Of a DNA stretch of 64,000 bases, positions 39,402 through 50,056 are shown piece by piece. The notes below the pieces were generated by a model. It had not been told where the DNA came from, made no database searches, and saw only the letters and a program-made list of their open reading frames with translations. The stretch is from Devosiaceae bacterium. Its GTDB lineage: Bacteria > Pseudomonadota > Alphaproteobacteria > Rhizobiales > Devosiaceae. The number at the start of each line of letters is the position of its first letter. The first letter of the stretch is position 1. Location of the stretch: the NCBI GenBank assembly GCA_963676075.2, contig CAXXNZ010000024.1, positions 32,198 to 96,197 on the forward strand, read 5' to 3'. Both the position numbers and the translations under genes were made by a program.

Positions 39402-41609
39402 GTGAGACTTACAATCAAGGCAAAACTGACCGCCACATTCATAGTGGTTGTGGCCATGTCCGCAGGAGGCATGCTCTTGGCCAACCAAGACCTTGCGAGC
39501 CTCGATGATTCCTTCAACAACGCTATGAACGGCCCGGTCAAACGCATCTCCATTGCCGAGAACATCCAGAAGCTCTCCCTGGAAGTGGCGCAGGCCGAAA
39601 AGGACCTCATCCTGTCCACCGACGAGGCGACGAAGAACCAGATCGTCGCGACAATCGAGGAAGAGGCCAACCAAATCCGCGATCTGGAAAACCAGCTTCG
39701 TGACCTCTCGGATGAGGAAGGCCTGAGGCGGATCGACACGTTCAGCACCGATTGGGAGAGCTATCTCAAGCTCGACGAGCAGATTCAGCATTTTGCGCTG
39801 ATGAACTCCGACACGCATGCGCGTCTTCTTGCACAGAGCGACGGCGCAACGGCCTATGTCGCCATGATCGAGCCACTGCGCGACCTGCAGGATCGGCTTG
39901 CAGACAATCCGATGCCGACAGCCACCGACATGCAGACGCTTGGCGCGGTCGGACGACTGGAAGCCGATATCTCGGGGCTGCGTGCAACCCTGCTCGATGT
40001 CCTGGTGACACAGGACGATCCTGCCGCACAGGCCAAATATTCCGCCGAGGTGGACGACCAGGTTGCCCGGATCACACAGACCATCAAGGCGACGCCCCAG
40101 ATCTCCGCACAGGACCGGGCGCTGTGGCAGGGTTTCTCCGACCGCTTCGGCAAATGGACGGAGATCGCCGACACTTATCGCAACGTCTCGCTCGAGAATG
40201 GCAGCGCCAAGGCGCATGACCTGGCAGTCGGCGAAGCGGCAACGGCCCGGATCCTTGCCATGTCCAAGCTCGATGACGTCATCGCGCTCGAAAACGAGCA
40301 GTTGAACCAGGCCTCGGTCGACAACGGCCAGCTCTACGAACACAGCCGTTCCCTGCTGATCGCGCTGATGATCGCCTCAATCCTGATCGCGGCCGGCGCC
40401 GCCACCTGGATCGTGCTTGGGATCAGTCGTGGCCTGAACCGGGTGATGGCCTCGGTCGGCGCGGTCGCCATTGGCGATCTCGACAACACCATCGAGGTGA
40501 CATCGAACGACGAAATCAAGGACCTTATCGACAAGGTCAATGTGATGACCGAGAACCTGCGCGTAACGGCTGCGATCGCCGACGATATTGCCAATGGCGA
40601 TCTTACCGTCGAACCCAAGCCCTTGTCCGACAAGGACACGCTTGGCCTGGCGCTCGAACGCATGGTCACGCGCCTTCGCAGCGTCATCGCCGATGCCATC
40701 TCCTCGGCGGAGAGCGTCTCCTCGGGCAGTCAGCAGTTGTCATCGACGGCGGAAGAGCTCAGCCAGGGTGCGACCGAGCAGGCCTCGTCCACCGAAGAGG
40801 CATCGGCCTCGATGGAGGAAATGGCCTCTACCATCAAGCAGAGCGCCGATAACGCCTCTCAGACCGAAAAGATCGCTCGCCAATCGGCGTCCGACGCCCA
40901 ACTGAGTGGGGACGCTGTCGGCAAGGCAGTGGCTGCCATGAAGACCATCGCCGAAAAGATATCGGTGGTGCAGGAGATTGCCCGTCAGACCGATCTGCTG
41001 GCGCTCAACGCCGCGGTGGAAGCGGCCCGGGCCGGCGAACACGGTCGAGGCTTCGCCGTGGTGGCTTCCGAAGTCAGAAAGCTCGCCGAACGCAGCCAGT
41101 CGGCCGCCACCGAAATCTCGGCCCTTTCCGGCGACACGGTCACTGCGGCGACATCGGCTGGCGAAATGCTCGGCAAACTGGTGCCGGACATCCAGCGCAC
41201 CGCCGAACTGGTGGGCGAAATCTCGGCCGCTACCCGCGAGCAGAACGCCGGCGCCTCCCAGATCAACACGGCCATCCAGCAGCTCGACCAGGTGACCCAG
41301 CAGAACACCAGCGCAGCCGAGGAAATGTCCTCGACAGCAGAGGAGTTGGCCGGTCAGTCCGAGCAGCTTCAATCAGCGATCAGCTATTTCAAGATCAGCG
41401 CTCAGCACAAAACCGATACGGCTGCCGCAAACGCAACCATGAGCGATGGCACCGGAAAGTCGCGGCCGGGCACGGGCGGCAAGGCAGTGCCAAAGGCGCC
41501 GTCCGCCGCAAAGACCGCTGGCAAGAGCAGGAACAGCGGCGGGTTCGATCTCGATCTGGACCGCGGAGAAGACGAACTCGACGGCGAGTTCAGTCGCAGC
41601 GTAGCTTAG
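39402..41609 (+). CDS. methyl-accepting chemotaxis protein, paralogue of the upstream mcp
   Basis: 735 aa with a GTG start. The first ~25 aa and last ~230 aa are nearly the same as the upstream mcp, while the sensor domain is different. Confidence 0.9.
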   Translation: MRLTIKAKLTATFIVVVAMSAGGMLLANQDLASLDDSFNNAMNGPVKRISIAENIQKLSLEVAQAEKDLILSTDEATKNQIVATIEEEANQIRDLENQLRDLSDEEGLRRIDTFSTDWESYLKLDEQIQHFALMNSDTHARLLAQSDGATAYVAMIEPLRDLQDRLADNPMPTATDMQTLGAVGRLEADISGLRATLLDVLVTQDDPAAQAKYSAEVDDQVARITQTIKATPQISAQDRALWQGFSDRFGKWTEIADTYRNVSLENGSAKAHDLAVGEAATARILAMSKLDDVIALENEQLNQASVDNGQLYEHSRSLLIALMIASILIAAGAATWIVLGISRGLNRVMASVGAVAIGDLDNTIEVTSNDEIKDLIDKVNVMTENLRVTAAIADDIANGDLTVEPKPLSDKDTLGLALERMVTRLRSVIADAISSAESVSSGSQQLSSTAEELSQGATEQASSTEEASASMEEMASTIKQSADNASQTEKIARQSASDAQLSGDAVGKAVAAMKTIAEKISVVQEIARQTDLLALNAAVEAARAGEHGRGFAVVASEVRKLAERSQSAATEISALSGDTVTAATSAGEMLGKLVPDIQRTAELVGEISAATREQNAGASQINTAIQQLDQVTQQNTSAAEEMSSTAEELAGQSEQLQSAISYFKISAQHKTDTAAANATMSDGTGKSRPGTGGKAVPKAPSAAKTAGKSRNSGGFDLDLDRGEDELDGEFSRSVA

Positions 41610-41623
41610 CGAAGGACCCAAGA

Positions 41624-42085
41624 ATGGCTGACAAACAGCAATATGTCACACTGCGTGTCGCCGAAGAGCTCTACGCAGCGCCAGTGGAGCGGGTGCAGGA
41701 AATTCTCGACGTGTGTCCGATCTCGAGATTGCCGCGTGCCCCGGCTCACCTGCTTGGCATGATCGATGTCCGTGGCGAAGGCACACCGGTATTCGATCTG
41801 CGTGCAACCCTCGATTTTCCGCCCACGGAGGATACGGTGAACACGCGCATCGTCGTGCTCTTCGTGCAGTCCGGAACAGGAGAAACCCGCATCGGCCTCA
41901 GGGCCGACAGGGTGATCGAGGTCACGGCTCTCGATGCCGATGAACTCGATCCACCACCTCAGATCGGGCGCTCGAACGCCGCCCATGCCATCGTCGGCAT
42001 CGGACGGCGCAACGGCGCTTTCGTCACTGTTCTCGACCTCGATCATCTTCTGGCCGAGGACGCAATATCGGTCAGGGCCGCTTGA
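41624..42085 (+). CDS. cheW: CheW coupling protein
   Basis: 153-aa intact CheW-like domain (YVTLRVAEELYAAPVERVQEIL, GMIDVRGEGTPVFDLR). Confidence 0.9.
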   Translation: MADKQQYVTLRVAEELYAAPVERVQEILDVCPISRLPRAPAHLLGMIDVRGEGTPVFDLRATLDFPPTEDTVNTRIVVLFVQSGTGETRIGLRADRVIEVTALDADELDPPPQIGRSNAAHAIVGIGRRNGAFVTVLDLDHLLAEDAISVRAA

Positions 42086-42104
42086 TATCCGGCTGACAAA
42101 ACTG

Positions 42105-42129
42105 CCGGGCGCAGATTCATTGCGCCCGG
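42105..42129 (+). other. intra-operon stem-loop between cheW and cheR
   Basis: CCGGGCGCA (42105-42113) pairs with TGCGCCCGG (42121-42129), with a 7-nt loop and only TT after it. Confidence 0.3.
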
Positions 42130-42148
42130 TTCGAATGGAGTACCCGCG

Positions 42149-43018
42149 GTGCCAAATGTAGCATACGAATTGCCTGCGACCGGCTTGGAGGATCACCTCA
42201 GCGTCCGGGACTTCAATCGGATTTCCGATCTCATCGGAGAAAAGGTCGGGATCAAGCTGCCGCCGGCCAAGAGCAGCCTGGTCGAAGGCCGGCTTCGGAA
42301 ACGCATGAGGGCGGGCGGTTTCGAGAGCCTTGGCGATTATTGCCAATGGCTGTTCAACAACAACGGGTTGGATCAGGAGCTTTTGCATCTGATCGACGCG
42401 GTCACAACAAACAAGACCGACTTCTTCCGCGAGCCCGATCATTACGACAACCTCGAGAAGATGATCGTGCCGGAGTTGCTGCGGGTTCGCGAACGCAACC
42501 CGTTGATCAAGGTCTGGAGCGCGGCCTGCTCCAATGGTGCCGAAGCCTTTTCGGCCGCCATGGTTCTGGAAGACATGCTGCGGGTCAACAACACCTTCCG
42601 CTATGCCGTGCTGGGTACGGATGTGGCGATCTCGGTGCTCGAACAGGCGCGGCGCGCTGTTTATGCGTCGGACTGGATGGAACCGGTCCCCGCCGAAATG
42701 CTGTCACGCTATGTCATGCGCGCGCGTCGCCCAGGTTCACGGCCGGACGTCCGTATCGTCCCGGAGCTCAGGCGCCGGACAGCCTTCCGTCATCTCAACC
42801 TCATGGAAAAGTCGTACGGGATCGACCGGGACGTTGACGTGATCTTCTTGCGCAACGTTCTGATCTATTTCGAGAAACCTGTTCAGGAGGCGGTGATCTC
42901 GCGGCTTGTTGGCCACTTGCGACCCGGCGGGTTTCTTCTGCTTGGCCATTCCGAATCCATGATCGGCAGTGGCTTCTCCCTGACCCAGGTCGCTCCTGCA
43001 ACCTTTCAGAAGATTTGA
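42149..43018 (+). CDS. cheR: chemotaxis protein methyltransferase CheR
   Basis: 289 aa with a GTG start. CheR blocks [14 protein letters not shown] and [14 protein letters not shown]. Confidence 0.9.
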   Translation: MPNVAYELPATGLEDHLSVRDFNRISDLIGEKVGIKLPPAKSSLVEGRLRKRMRAGGFESLGDYCQWLFNNNGLDQELLHLIDAVTTNKTDFFREPDHYDNLEKMIVPELLRVRERNPLIKVWSAACSNGAEAFSAAMVLEDMLRVNNTFRYAVLGTDVAISVLEQARRAVYASDWMEPVPAEMLSRYVMRARRPGSRPDVRIVPELRRRTAFRHLNLMEKSYGIDRDVDVIFLRNVLIYFEKPVQEAVISRLVGHLRPGGFLLLGHSESMIGSGFSLTQVAPATFQKI

Positions 43019-44172
43019 GTGCCTCAATGCCGGAAATGGCTGCCAGACCAGCGACGGGAGACAGGATCAAGGTCCTGATCGTCGACGATTCCGCCTCGGT
43101 GCGGACGGCGCTCAGCGACATCCTTTCCAGCGATCCCGCATTCGAGGTGATGGCGCCTGCCGGCGATCCCTATATTGCCGCCGAGCGCATTCGCAAGCAG
43201 GTTCCCGACGTCATCTTCCTCGACATCGAAATGCCACGCATGGACGGCCTGACCTTCCTGAGAAAGCTTCTGGCGCAGAAGCCGATCCCGGTCGTCATCT
43301 GTTCGAGCCTGGCCGAATCCGGGTCGGACACACTGATGCAGGCACTTGAAGCCGGAGCGGTCGACGTGGTGACCAAGCCGCGCATCGACACCGCCCAGTT
43401 CCTGCAGGATTCGCGAATGCGCATCTGTGACGCCGCCAAGGCGGCAGCTCAGGTGCAATTGACCGGGCGGCGACGGGCGCCGCCTCCAGTCAAGGTCGAG
43501 ACCAAGCTTACTGCCGACGTGGTGATTGCGCCGGTGACACCGCAACGGCTTGCCGCGCTCAAGGCGCGCACGCCTCAGACGGAACCGGTGGTCTGCATCG
43601 GCGCCTCGACCGGCGGCACGGAAGCGCTCCGCGAGGTGCTCGTCGACCTGCCGGCGGATGCACCGGGCATCGTTATTGTCCAGCACATGCCGGAAAAGTT
43701 CACCGAAGCCTTTGCCCGCCGGCTCAACACCCTGTGCGCCATGACGGTCAGCGAGGCGCGAAACGGCGACATCCTCGAAGCGGGCAAGGTGCTGATCGCG
43801 CCGGGCAATCGGCACATGGTGCTCCGGCGCAATGCCAAACGTTACACCGTCGATATCCTCGATGGACCTCATGTGGCGCGTCATCGTCCTTCGGTTGACG
43901 TGCTGTTCCGTTCCGCCGCTCAGAATGCCGCCGCCAATGCCGTCGGCTTGCTGTTGACCGGCATGGGCGACGACGGCGCCCAGGGTCTGCTCGAGATGCG
44001 CCAAGCCGGCGCCATGACCTACGCCCAGGACCAGGCGTCGAGCGTCGTGTTCGGCATGCCGGGGGCCGCGGTCGACAAAGGCGCTGCCGTCAAGGTTGTT
44101 TCCCTCGACCGCGTCGCGACAGAAATCGTCGGAATCCGGCGGAGTGGTGCCGAAAAGCAGGTGGATTTGTGA
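43015..44172 (+). CDS. cheB: protein-glutamate methylesterase CheB (REC plus esterase domain)
   Basis: 385 aa. REC block [11 protein letters not shown]...[10 protein letters not shown]. Esterase blocks [23 protein letters not shown]. Confidence 0.9.
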   Translation: MSASMPEMAARPATGDRIKVLIVDDSASVRTALSDILSSDPAFEVMAPAGDPYIAAERIRKQVPDVIFLDIEMPRMDGLTFLRKLLAQKPIPVVICSSLAESGSDTLMQALEAGAVDVVTKPRIDTAQFLQDSRMRICDAAKAAAQVQLTGRRRAPPPVKVETKLTADVVIAPVTPQRLAALKARTPQTEPVVCIGASTGGTEALREVLVDLPADAPGIVIVQHMPEKFTEAFARRLNTLCAMTVSEARNGDILEAGKVLIAPGNRHMVLRRNAKRYTVDILDGPHVARHRPSVDVLFRSAAQNAAANAVGLLLTGMGDDGAQGLLEMRQAGAMTYAQDQASSVVFGMPGAAVDKGAAVKVVSLDRVATEIVGIRRSGAEKQVDL

Positions 44173-45965
44173 TGCCGCAATCAGCAGAACGCAGAGACGA
44201 GCGGGATACGGGGCCGGAACTGACGGCCAGCATTACCGGGCAAATCGGGTCGATTGTCGCCGAACTTGCCACCCCGATCGCGCAGATCGACGAGTCCTTC
44301 GTTCAGGTCGGCAACAAGCTGGTCGAGTGTTCCGGTCGCCTGTCAAAGGTCACCGCCGCCTTCGAGGAATTGCCGGCGGATCTTGAAGGCGCCGAGCTGA
44401 TCAGTGCGACATCCAAGCTCGAAGAGGTGATCGGGCATGCCAGCGAGATTGCCGAGGGCTTCGCCTCCGAACAGTCCGATCTCGACGAGCTGGTCAGGAA
44501 GGTGGATGCCGCCCGTGCGCCGATGGCCAGCCTGCGCAAGGTCATCCAGATGATCGGCATTTTGTCGATTAATGCCCGTGTTGTCGCCGCCGGCATGGTG
44601 GGCGACGGCGACATCGGTGTGTTCACCGACGACATTTCGGACCTTTCCAAGACTGCAACCGCAACCATTGCGCACTTCTTCAAAGCCTATGAACAGCTGT
44701 CGACAGTGGTTCATAAGGCTGCGGCCGAGCGTGACAGGTTCCAGCAGGCACAGCGCGACACGCTGAAACAGGCAGCCGTGCGCCTGTCGGGCAATCTCGA
44801 GCAGATTGTCGGCAAGCGCGAGCAGTCTGCCGCCAATAGCGCCGAGACCACCCGCGTGACGCGTGACATCAACGGCCAGATCGGCACGACGGTCATGGCC
44901 ATGCAGGTCGGTGACGCCACGCGTCAGCGTATCGAGCATCTCGTCGCCGCCTTCGGGGATATCGCCGCCCTCATGACGGGCAAAGCGCCAGCCGGACTTG
45001 ATGTGCCAGATGAGGTCGATGCACCGATGATCGCCTCGCTGCTCCACGTTCTCGACACTCTTCTAGAGGCAGCGCTTGCCGAATATGACGATGGCGTGGT
45101 TGTGGCTGATCGGTCGCTGACAACGCTCATGACGCATGCCGGCGAAATCATGGAGCAAAGCGTTGCCCTTTACGGGCAGAGGGATCACCGGGGGGAATCG
45201 GCTCTCGGTGCACTCGACGACGACATGCGCCAGGTCGGGGTTACGCTCGGGTCGTGCGAGGTTGCCCGCCGCAAGCTCGACGCCGCCGCCACATCGGTCG
45301 GCGAGATGGTGGCCCAGCTTCTCAGCCATGTCGAAGCCGTACAGCATATCGAAGCCAGCATGCGGCTGGTCACGCTCAATGCGGCGATCAAATGCGCCCA
45401 GCTCGGTCCGGAAGGCAAGGCGCTCGACGTCATTGCCAAGCAGTTGCGCGAGCTCACCGCCGATACCGTAACTTCGGCCGAGACGGCCATGAGAGTGCTC
45501 AACGACGCAGCCGAACGTGCAAGCGCAGTCGTCAAGACGGCAAACGGCGAAGCCTCCGGCCGCATTTCCGAACTTGTGGGGGATGCCGAAGAGGCGATCT
45601 CCTTGTTCGAGACGGTCGACAGGCAGTTGAGCGCCGCCCTTTCGCTGCTCGACGACCAATGCGACGCCGCCAAGATCCTGCTCTCGGAAGCCAGGCAGGA
45701 TTTTGCCGGTCACGCCGTCATCTCGGAATCGCTCGCCGATGCGCATATCGAGCTGGGCGAAATGATCACGACGCTCGGCGCGCCGGAAGTGACACGGCTC
45801 GCATCCGATGCATTCGGCGAGGCGTTCCTCGCCCACCTGCGCAGTTACTACACCATGGAAAGTGAACGCCGGATCCACGACGCAATCATCGGCGTCGTGA
45901 TGCAGAATGCCGCTGAGGACAGCACCGATGCCGCCGAAGACGACATGGATCTCGGTCTGTTTTAA
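44169..45965 (+). CDS. cytoplasmic MCP-related protein with two degenerate signalling-tip motifs (function unknown)
   Basis: 598 aa, with no hydrophobic TM segment seen. The start is GTG 44169 or ATG 44172, overlapping the cheB stop. The segments [35 protein letters not shown] and [33 protein letters not shown] align with the MCP tip [31 protein letters not shown]. Confidence 0.55.
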   Translation: MMPQSAERRDERDTGPELTASITGQIGSIVAELATPIAQIDESFVQVGNKLVECSGRLSKVTAAFEELPADLEGAELISATSKLEEVIGHASEIAEGFASEQSDLDELVRKVDAARAPMASLRKVIQMIGILSINARVVAAGMVGDGDIGVFTDDISDLSKTATATIAHFFKAYEQLSTVVHKAAAERDRFQQAQRDTLKQAAVRLSGNLEQIVGKREQSAANSAETTRVTRDINGQIGTTVMAMQVGDATRQRIEHLVAAFGDIAALMTGKAPAGLDVPDEVDAPMIASLLHVLDTLLEAALAEYDDGVVVADRSLTTLMTHAGEIMEQSVALYGQRDHRGESALGALDDDMRQVGVTLGSCEVARRKLDAAATSVGEMVAQLLSHVEAVQHIEASMRLVTLNAAIKCAQLGPEGKALDVIAKQLRELTADTVTSAETAMRVLNDAAERASAVVKTANGEASGRISELVGDAEEAISLFETVDRQLSAALSLLDDQCDAAKILLSEARQDFAGHAVISESLADAHIELGEMITTLGAPEVTRLASDAFGEAFLAHLRSYYTMESERRIHDAIIGVVMQNAAEDSTDAAEDDMDLGLF

Positions 45966-46003
45966 GTCATTTCACTGTTTCATGGAAACGTCGGAACATC
46001 CTG
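45964..46003. repeat. dispersed intergenic repeat, copy C (first half only)
   Basis: AAGTCATTTCACTGTTTCATGGAAACGTCGGAACATCC aligns with the first 40 bp of copies A and B. It starts at the stop codon of the upstream gene, as copy A does. Confidence 0.35.
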
Positions 46004-46152
46004 CGCACAAACGGGCATCGGCTGTGCACGAGGATGCACACTCCATGCGCTGAACCAGCACTGCATCTTGCGCCCGATGGCGGATACGAAGGCGGCGCTG
46101 CCCGAAAACAGCGCCGCAAGACAGTTCGGCGGAACGCGAACGAAAAACCCGA

Positions 46153-47076
46153 TCAGCCTTCGTTCATGCGCACGAAGCGGCCGTCCGCCTGCTCGATCAT
46201 CTTGCTTGTCGCCGCCTTGGCCAGCATCGCGTCGCTGGCCGTGATCAGATCGGTGGCAGTCTTGAGATCGCCGTGACCTGCGTTCTCGGTCGACAGCACC
46301 GACGCCTTGAGCAGTTTGGCATATGGATGCTGCGGGTTCTCGAGCACAGGACGCGCCGGCCCCATTTCAACCACCCGGCCCTTTTGCATGATGATGATGC
46401 GATCCGAGATGTAATAGGCCGTGGCGAGGTCGTGGGTGATGTAGATGACATGCACGCCGAAATCGTCGCGCAGCGACCTGAGCAGATTGACGATCGCCAT
46501 GCGCAAGGACGCATCGACCATCGACACCGGCTCGTCGGCAATCAGCACTTTCGGATCGCAGACCAGCGCCCGCGCAATGGCGCAACGCTGCAGCTGCCCA
46601 CCCGAAAGCTCATGCGGATAACGGCCCTTGATTTCGCCCAGTGACAAGCCGACCTTGACCAAGGCCTCGTCCATGGCCTTTTCGACAGCGTCGTGATCGC
46701 TGAACTGGAGGAATGCCCTGGCCGTCGACTCGATATAGCGGTCGACACGCTTGAGCGGGTTGAACGCCTCGAACGGATTCTGGAACACCGGCTGCATCTT
46801 GGCCATGAAGGCGGTGCGATCCTTGCCCCACATGCCGGTCGGAACCGGCTGCCCTTCGAACCGGATGGTGCCCTGGGACGGCGTATCGAGACCGAGGATC
46901 ATGCGCGCCAGCGTCGTCTTGCCGGAGCCGGATTCGCCGATGATCGTGAAGATCTCCGGCTTTTCCTTTTCCAGCACGAAATTGGCATCGACAACGGCGT
47001 CGGTGATGGTGCGTCCGAGAATGCCGCCCGAAGCAAAGCGCCGGTTGACGTGATCGACTTCGAGAAGGTGGGTCAT
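46153..47076 (-). CDS. ABC transporter ATP-binding protein (DppF/OppF-like)
   Basis: Walker A GESGSGKTT, signature LSGGQLQRCAIARAL, Walker B LIADEP. Confidence 0.9.
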   Translation of the reverse strand: MTHLLEVDHVNRRFASGGILGRTITDAVVDANFVLEKEKPEIFTIIGESGSGKTTLARMILGLDTPSQGTIRFEGQPVPTGMWGKDRTAFMAKMQPVFQNPFEAFNPLKRVDRYIESTARAFLQFSDHDAVEKAMDEALVKVGLSLGEIKGRYPHELSGGQLQRCAIARALVCDPKVLIADEPVSMVDASLRMAIVNLLRSLRDDFGVHVIYITHDLATAYYISDRIIIMQKGRVVEMGPARPVLENPQHPYAKLLKASVLSTENAGHGDLKTATDLITASDAMLAKAATSKMIEQADGRFVRMNEG

Positions 47077-48110
47077 GATTTCGCCTCCGCACCGATCGGC
47101 ATGTCGGCATCAAGAACCGGGCGCACCTCGTCGGCACGCCAGCACGCGGAACGGTGTTCCTCGCCCACGGTCGCAAGCGGCGGCACCTCGGTGCGGCACT
47201 TGTCGATGGCAAGCGGACAGCGCGGGTGGAAGCGGCAACCAGCCGGCGGATCGGCGAGGTTTGGAGGTCGTCCTTCAAGCGCCGGGCGCTGGCGCGTGTC
47301 GCCGATGCGCGGCAGACTGGCGACCAGATGCGCCGTATAGGGATGCTTGGGGCTGCGGAACAGGTCGCGGGTACGTGCTTCCTCAACCAGACGACCGGCA
47401 TAGATGATGCCGACCCGGTCGGTGATGTTGGCGTGCACCGCCATGTCATGGGTGACAAAAACCACCGACGACTTGATCTCCTGCTGGATGTTCCGGAGCA
47501 GGGCGAGAACGTCCTTTTGCACCACGACGTCGAGCGCGGTGGTCGGCTCGTCGGCAATGATGAATTCGGGATGACAAACCGTTGCCAGACCGATGGTGAC
47601 GCGCTGACGCATGCCGCCGGAAAGCTCGTGCGGATAGGACGTCAACACCGATGCCGGCAGCTTCAGGTGCTCAAGATGGTCCTTGACCCGGTCCCAGAAC
47701 GGCGTGCCTGTAAGGCCGAGCGGACGCTGGGCAAAATCGGCGAAGCTTTTCTCGATCCGCCGCACCGGGTTCAGCACGCTCATCGAGCCCTGCATGATAT
47801 AGCTCAGGTTCTTCCAGCGAATATTCTTGAGCGTTTCTTCGCTGGCCTTGGTCGGATCGACTATCTTGCCGCCGAAATCGAAGCTGACGCTTCCGGAAAC
47901 GACCTCCAGCGGCGGCCTGATGGCGGCGGCGAGCACCTTGATGAAGCTGGTCTTGCCGCTCGAGCTCTCGCCGGCGATGCCGTAGATCTCGTTGCGCTTG
48001 ACCGTCATGGTGATGTCGTCGACAGCCCGCACTTCGCGCGAGATGCCGTAATAGTTCATCAGGTAGTAGGCCTTGAGCCCTTCGACGGTGAGGATGTCTT
48101 TCTCACTCAT
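47073..48110 (-). CDS. ABC transporter ATP-binding protein (DppD/OppD-like)
   Basis: Walker A GESSSGKTS, signature LSGGMRQRVTIGLA, Walker B IIADEPTTALD, and a C-terminal oligopeptide-type Cys-rich tail (CRFHPRCP). Confidence 0.9.
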   Translation of the reverse strand: MSEKDILTVEGLKAYYLMNYYGISREVRAVDDITMTVKRNEIYGIAGESSSGKTSFIKVLAAAIRPPLEVVSGSVSFDFGGKIVDPTKASEETLKNIRWKNLSYIMQGSMSVLNPVRRIEKSFADFAQRPLGLTGTPFWDRVKDHLEHLKLPASVLTSYPHELSGGMRQRVTIGLATVCHPEFIIADEPTTALDVVVQKDVLALLRNIQQEIKSSVVFVTHDMAVHANITDRVGIIYAGRLVEEARTRDLFRSPKHPYTAHLVASLPRIGDTRQRPALEGRPPNLADPPAGCRFHPRCPLAIDKCRTEVPPLATVGEEHRSACWRADEVRPVLDADMPIGAEAKS

Positions 48111-48964
48111 GCGCCCATCCTCCGCAAGCGGCTGCGCGGATCGATATATTCATTCATCGACACCGCCAAAAGGAACAACCCGATGAACAGCATGACCACC
48201 AGAATCACCGGAATGGCGATCCACCACCAGATGCCGACCACCAGGGCCGAGTGGTTATTGGCCCAGAACAAGGTCGTGCCCACCGTCGGGATCGTGATGT
48301 TGGTGAACCCGAGCACGGCCAGCGTCACTTCCAGACCGATCGACCAGATCATGTTGGCCATGGCCGTCGAAAAGACGATCGGCATGACATAGGGCAGGTG
48401 CTCCTCGAACATGATCTTGAGCGGCGACATGCCGGCAAACATTGCCTGGCGGGTGAACTCGCGGTGCCTCAGTCCAAGTGCCACGGTCCGGATCAGGCGC
48501 GCGTCATAGGGCCAGCCAAAGCAGGCCATGACCAGCGCCAGATTGAACGAATTGAGGTCGCTCCTCAAAACGAAATAGAACAGCAACAGGATCGGGAAGA
48601 TCGGTATCGACACGAAGATGTCGGCGAAGAACATCAGCACCCGGTCGACAACGCCGCCCATGTAACCGGCCACCATGCCGACGAAGATCGAGATCAGACG
48701 GCTGACAAGTGCGACGGTCAGACCGAAGGTCAAAGAATTCCAGAAGGCGGTGGACAATTGCCAGAACATGTCCTGGCCGCGCGAATTGGTGCCGAACCAG
48801 TACTGGGCATTCGGCGCCACATCCATGGGCGCGGCATAGACCAGGCTTGGATCAACCGGCGCAAGGAAATGCAGAAAGCCGAAGATGACGATCAAACCGA
48901 CAAACACGATGCCGATGGCGAATTCGATATTGTAGCGAAACAGGTCGCGGAAAACGCTGAACAT
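48107..48964 (-). CDS. ABC transporter permease (DppC-like)
   Basis: 285-aa multi-pass ORF overlapping the downstream ATPase start. Confidence 0.85.
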   Translation of the reverse strand: MFSVFRDLFRYNIEFAIGIVFVGLIVIFGFLHFLAPVDPSLVYAAPMDVAPNAQYWFGTNSRGQDMFWQLSTAFWNSLTFGLTVALVSRLISIFVGMVAGYMGGVVDRVLMFFADIFVSIPIFPILLLFYFVLRSDLNSFNLALVMACFGWPYDARLIRTVALGLRHREFTRQAMFAGMSPLKIMFEEHLPYVMPIVFSTAMANMIWSIGLEVTLAVLGFTNITIPTVGTTLFWANNHSALVVGIWWWIAIPVILVVMLFIGLFLLAVSMNEYIDPRSRLRRMGA

Positions 48965-48967
48965 GAT

Positions 48968-49972
48968 CTATTCCACCCTCACGCGCGGATCGAGGATCGG
49001 ATGGATGAGGTCGATAACGAAGATCGCCGTTGCAACGGCGATGATCGCGATCGATGAGACCGCAAGCACCACCGAGGTGTCGCCCTCGACCACGGCGCGC
49101 ACCAGAAGCGAGCCGAGTCCGGGATAGGAGAACACCTGCTCGACGATGATGGTGCCGGAAAAGATTAATCCAAGTGTCATGGCCAGTGAGGTCAATTGAG
49201 GGATCATTGCGTTGCGGATGACGTAGCCGAACAGGATCGTCGGACGCCTGACGCCGGCGAGTTCGGCGTAGGTGACGTAATCCTCGGTGACGATGTTCGA
49301 GACCAGGGCGCGCATGCCGAGGAACCAGGTTCCGATGCCCACCAGCACCAGGGACAGGGCTGGCAGGATGGCATAATGCAGCACCGAGAGGACGAATTCG
49401 GGCGTCAAGCCCGGCCTGACGTTCATGGCGAAACCACCGGAAATGGGCAGGATCGGCCACAGGAATCCGAAGAAGATCACCATCAGGAAGGCGACGATGT
49501 AATGCGGGATCGGCTGAATGCCGATGGCGACGATGCCGAAGGCCTTGAGGAACCGGTTGTTCTGATAGTAGCCGGCCAGACCGCCAAGGATGTTGCCGAT
49601 CAGCCAGTTGATGATGATCGTGGTCACCAAAAGACCGGCAGTCCACGGCAGGGCCAGCATGACCAGCCTCAGTGCCGGTGTCGGGAAGGCCAGAAGCGAC
49701 GGGCCGAGATCACCTTGAAGGAAACGTCCCCAGAAATTGAGGTATTGCTGCCACAAAGGCACATCCATGCCAAACAGCTCGTTCAAGGTGGCCCGCAGTG
49801 ACTCAATGGCTTCGGGGCTGTAGGTCGAACGGCCGGTCACGCGGCCGACAATGGAGTCGACCGGACTGATGGGCGTGAGATGTGAAATGAAAAACGCGGC
49901 GGAGATGCCGGCGAATACAACGGCTGCAAGCTGCAGGAAGCGCTTGAGCACGAACAGGAGATAGGCCTTCAT
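48968..49972 (-). CDS. ABC transporter permease (DppB-like)
   Basis: 334-aa multi-pass ORF with N-terminus MKAYLLFVLKRFLQL, typical of this permease family. Confidence 0.85.
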   Translation of the reverse strand: MKAYLLFVLKRFLQLAAVVFAGISAAFFISHLTPISPVDSIVGRVTGRSTYSPEAIESLRATLNELFGMDVPLWQQYLNFWGRFLQGDLGPSLLAFPTPALRLVMLALPWTAGLLVTTIIINWLIGNILGGLAGYYQNNRFLKAFGIVAIGIQPIPHYIVAFLMVIFFGFLWPILPISGGFAMNVRPGLTPEFVLSVLHYAILPALSLVLVGIGTWFLGMRALVSNIVTEDYVTYAELAGVRRPTILFGYVIRNAMIPQLTSLAMTLGLIFSGTIIVEQVFSYPGLGSLLVRAVVEGDTSVVLAVSSIAIIAVATAIFVIDLIHPILDPRVRVE

Positions 49973-50056
49973 TGCTGTTGATTGTCCTTTCCGGTCCGTG
50001 CTGTCCGGAGTGTGGCGCCCGGTCGTGACCGGGCGCCTTGCCTAAGGATTGCTCGC

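Noticed and set aside
42125-42140. A GGTTCGAATGG string resembling a tRNA T-arm.
   Set aside because: There is no acceptor stem, D-arm or anticodon arm around it. It is the 3' flank of a simple hairpin between cheW and cheR.
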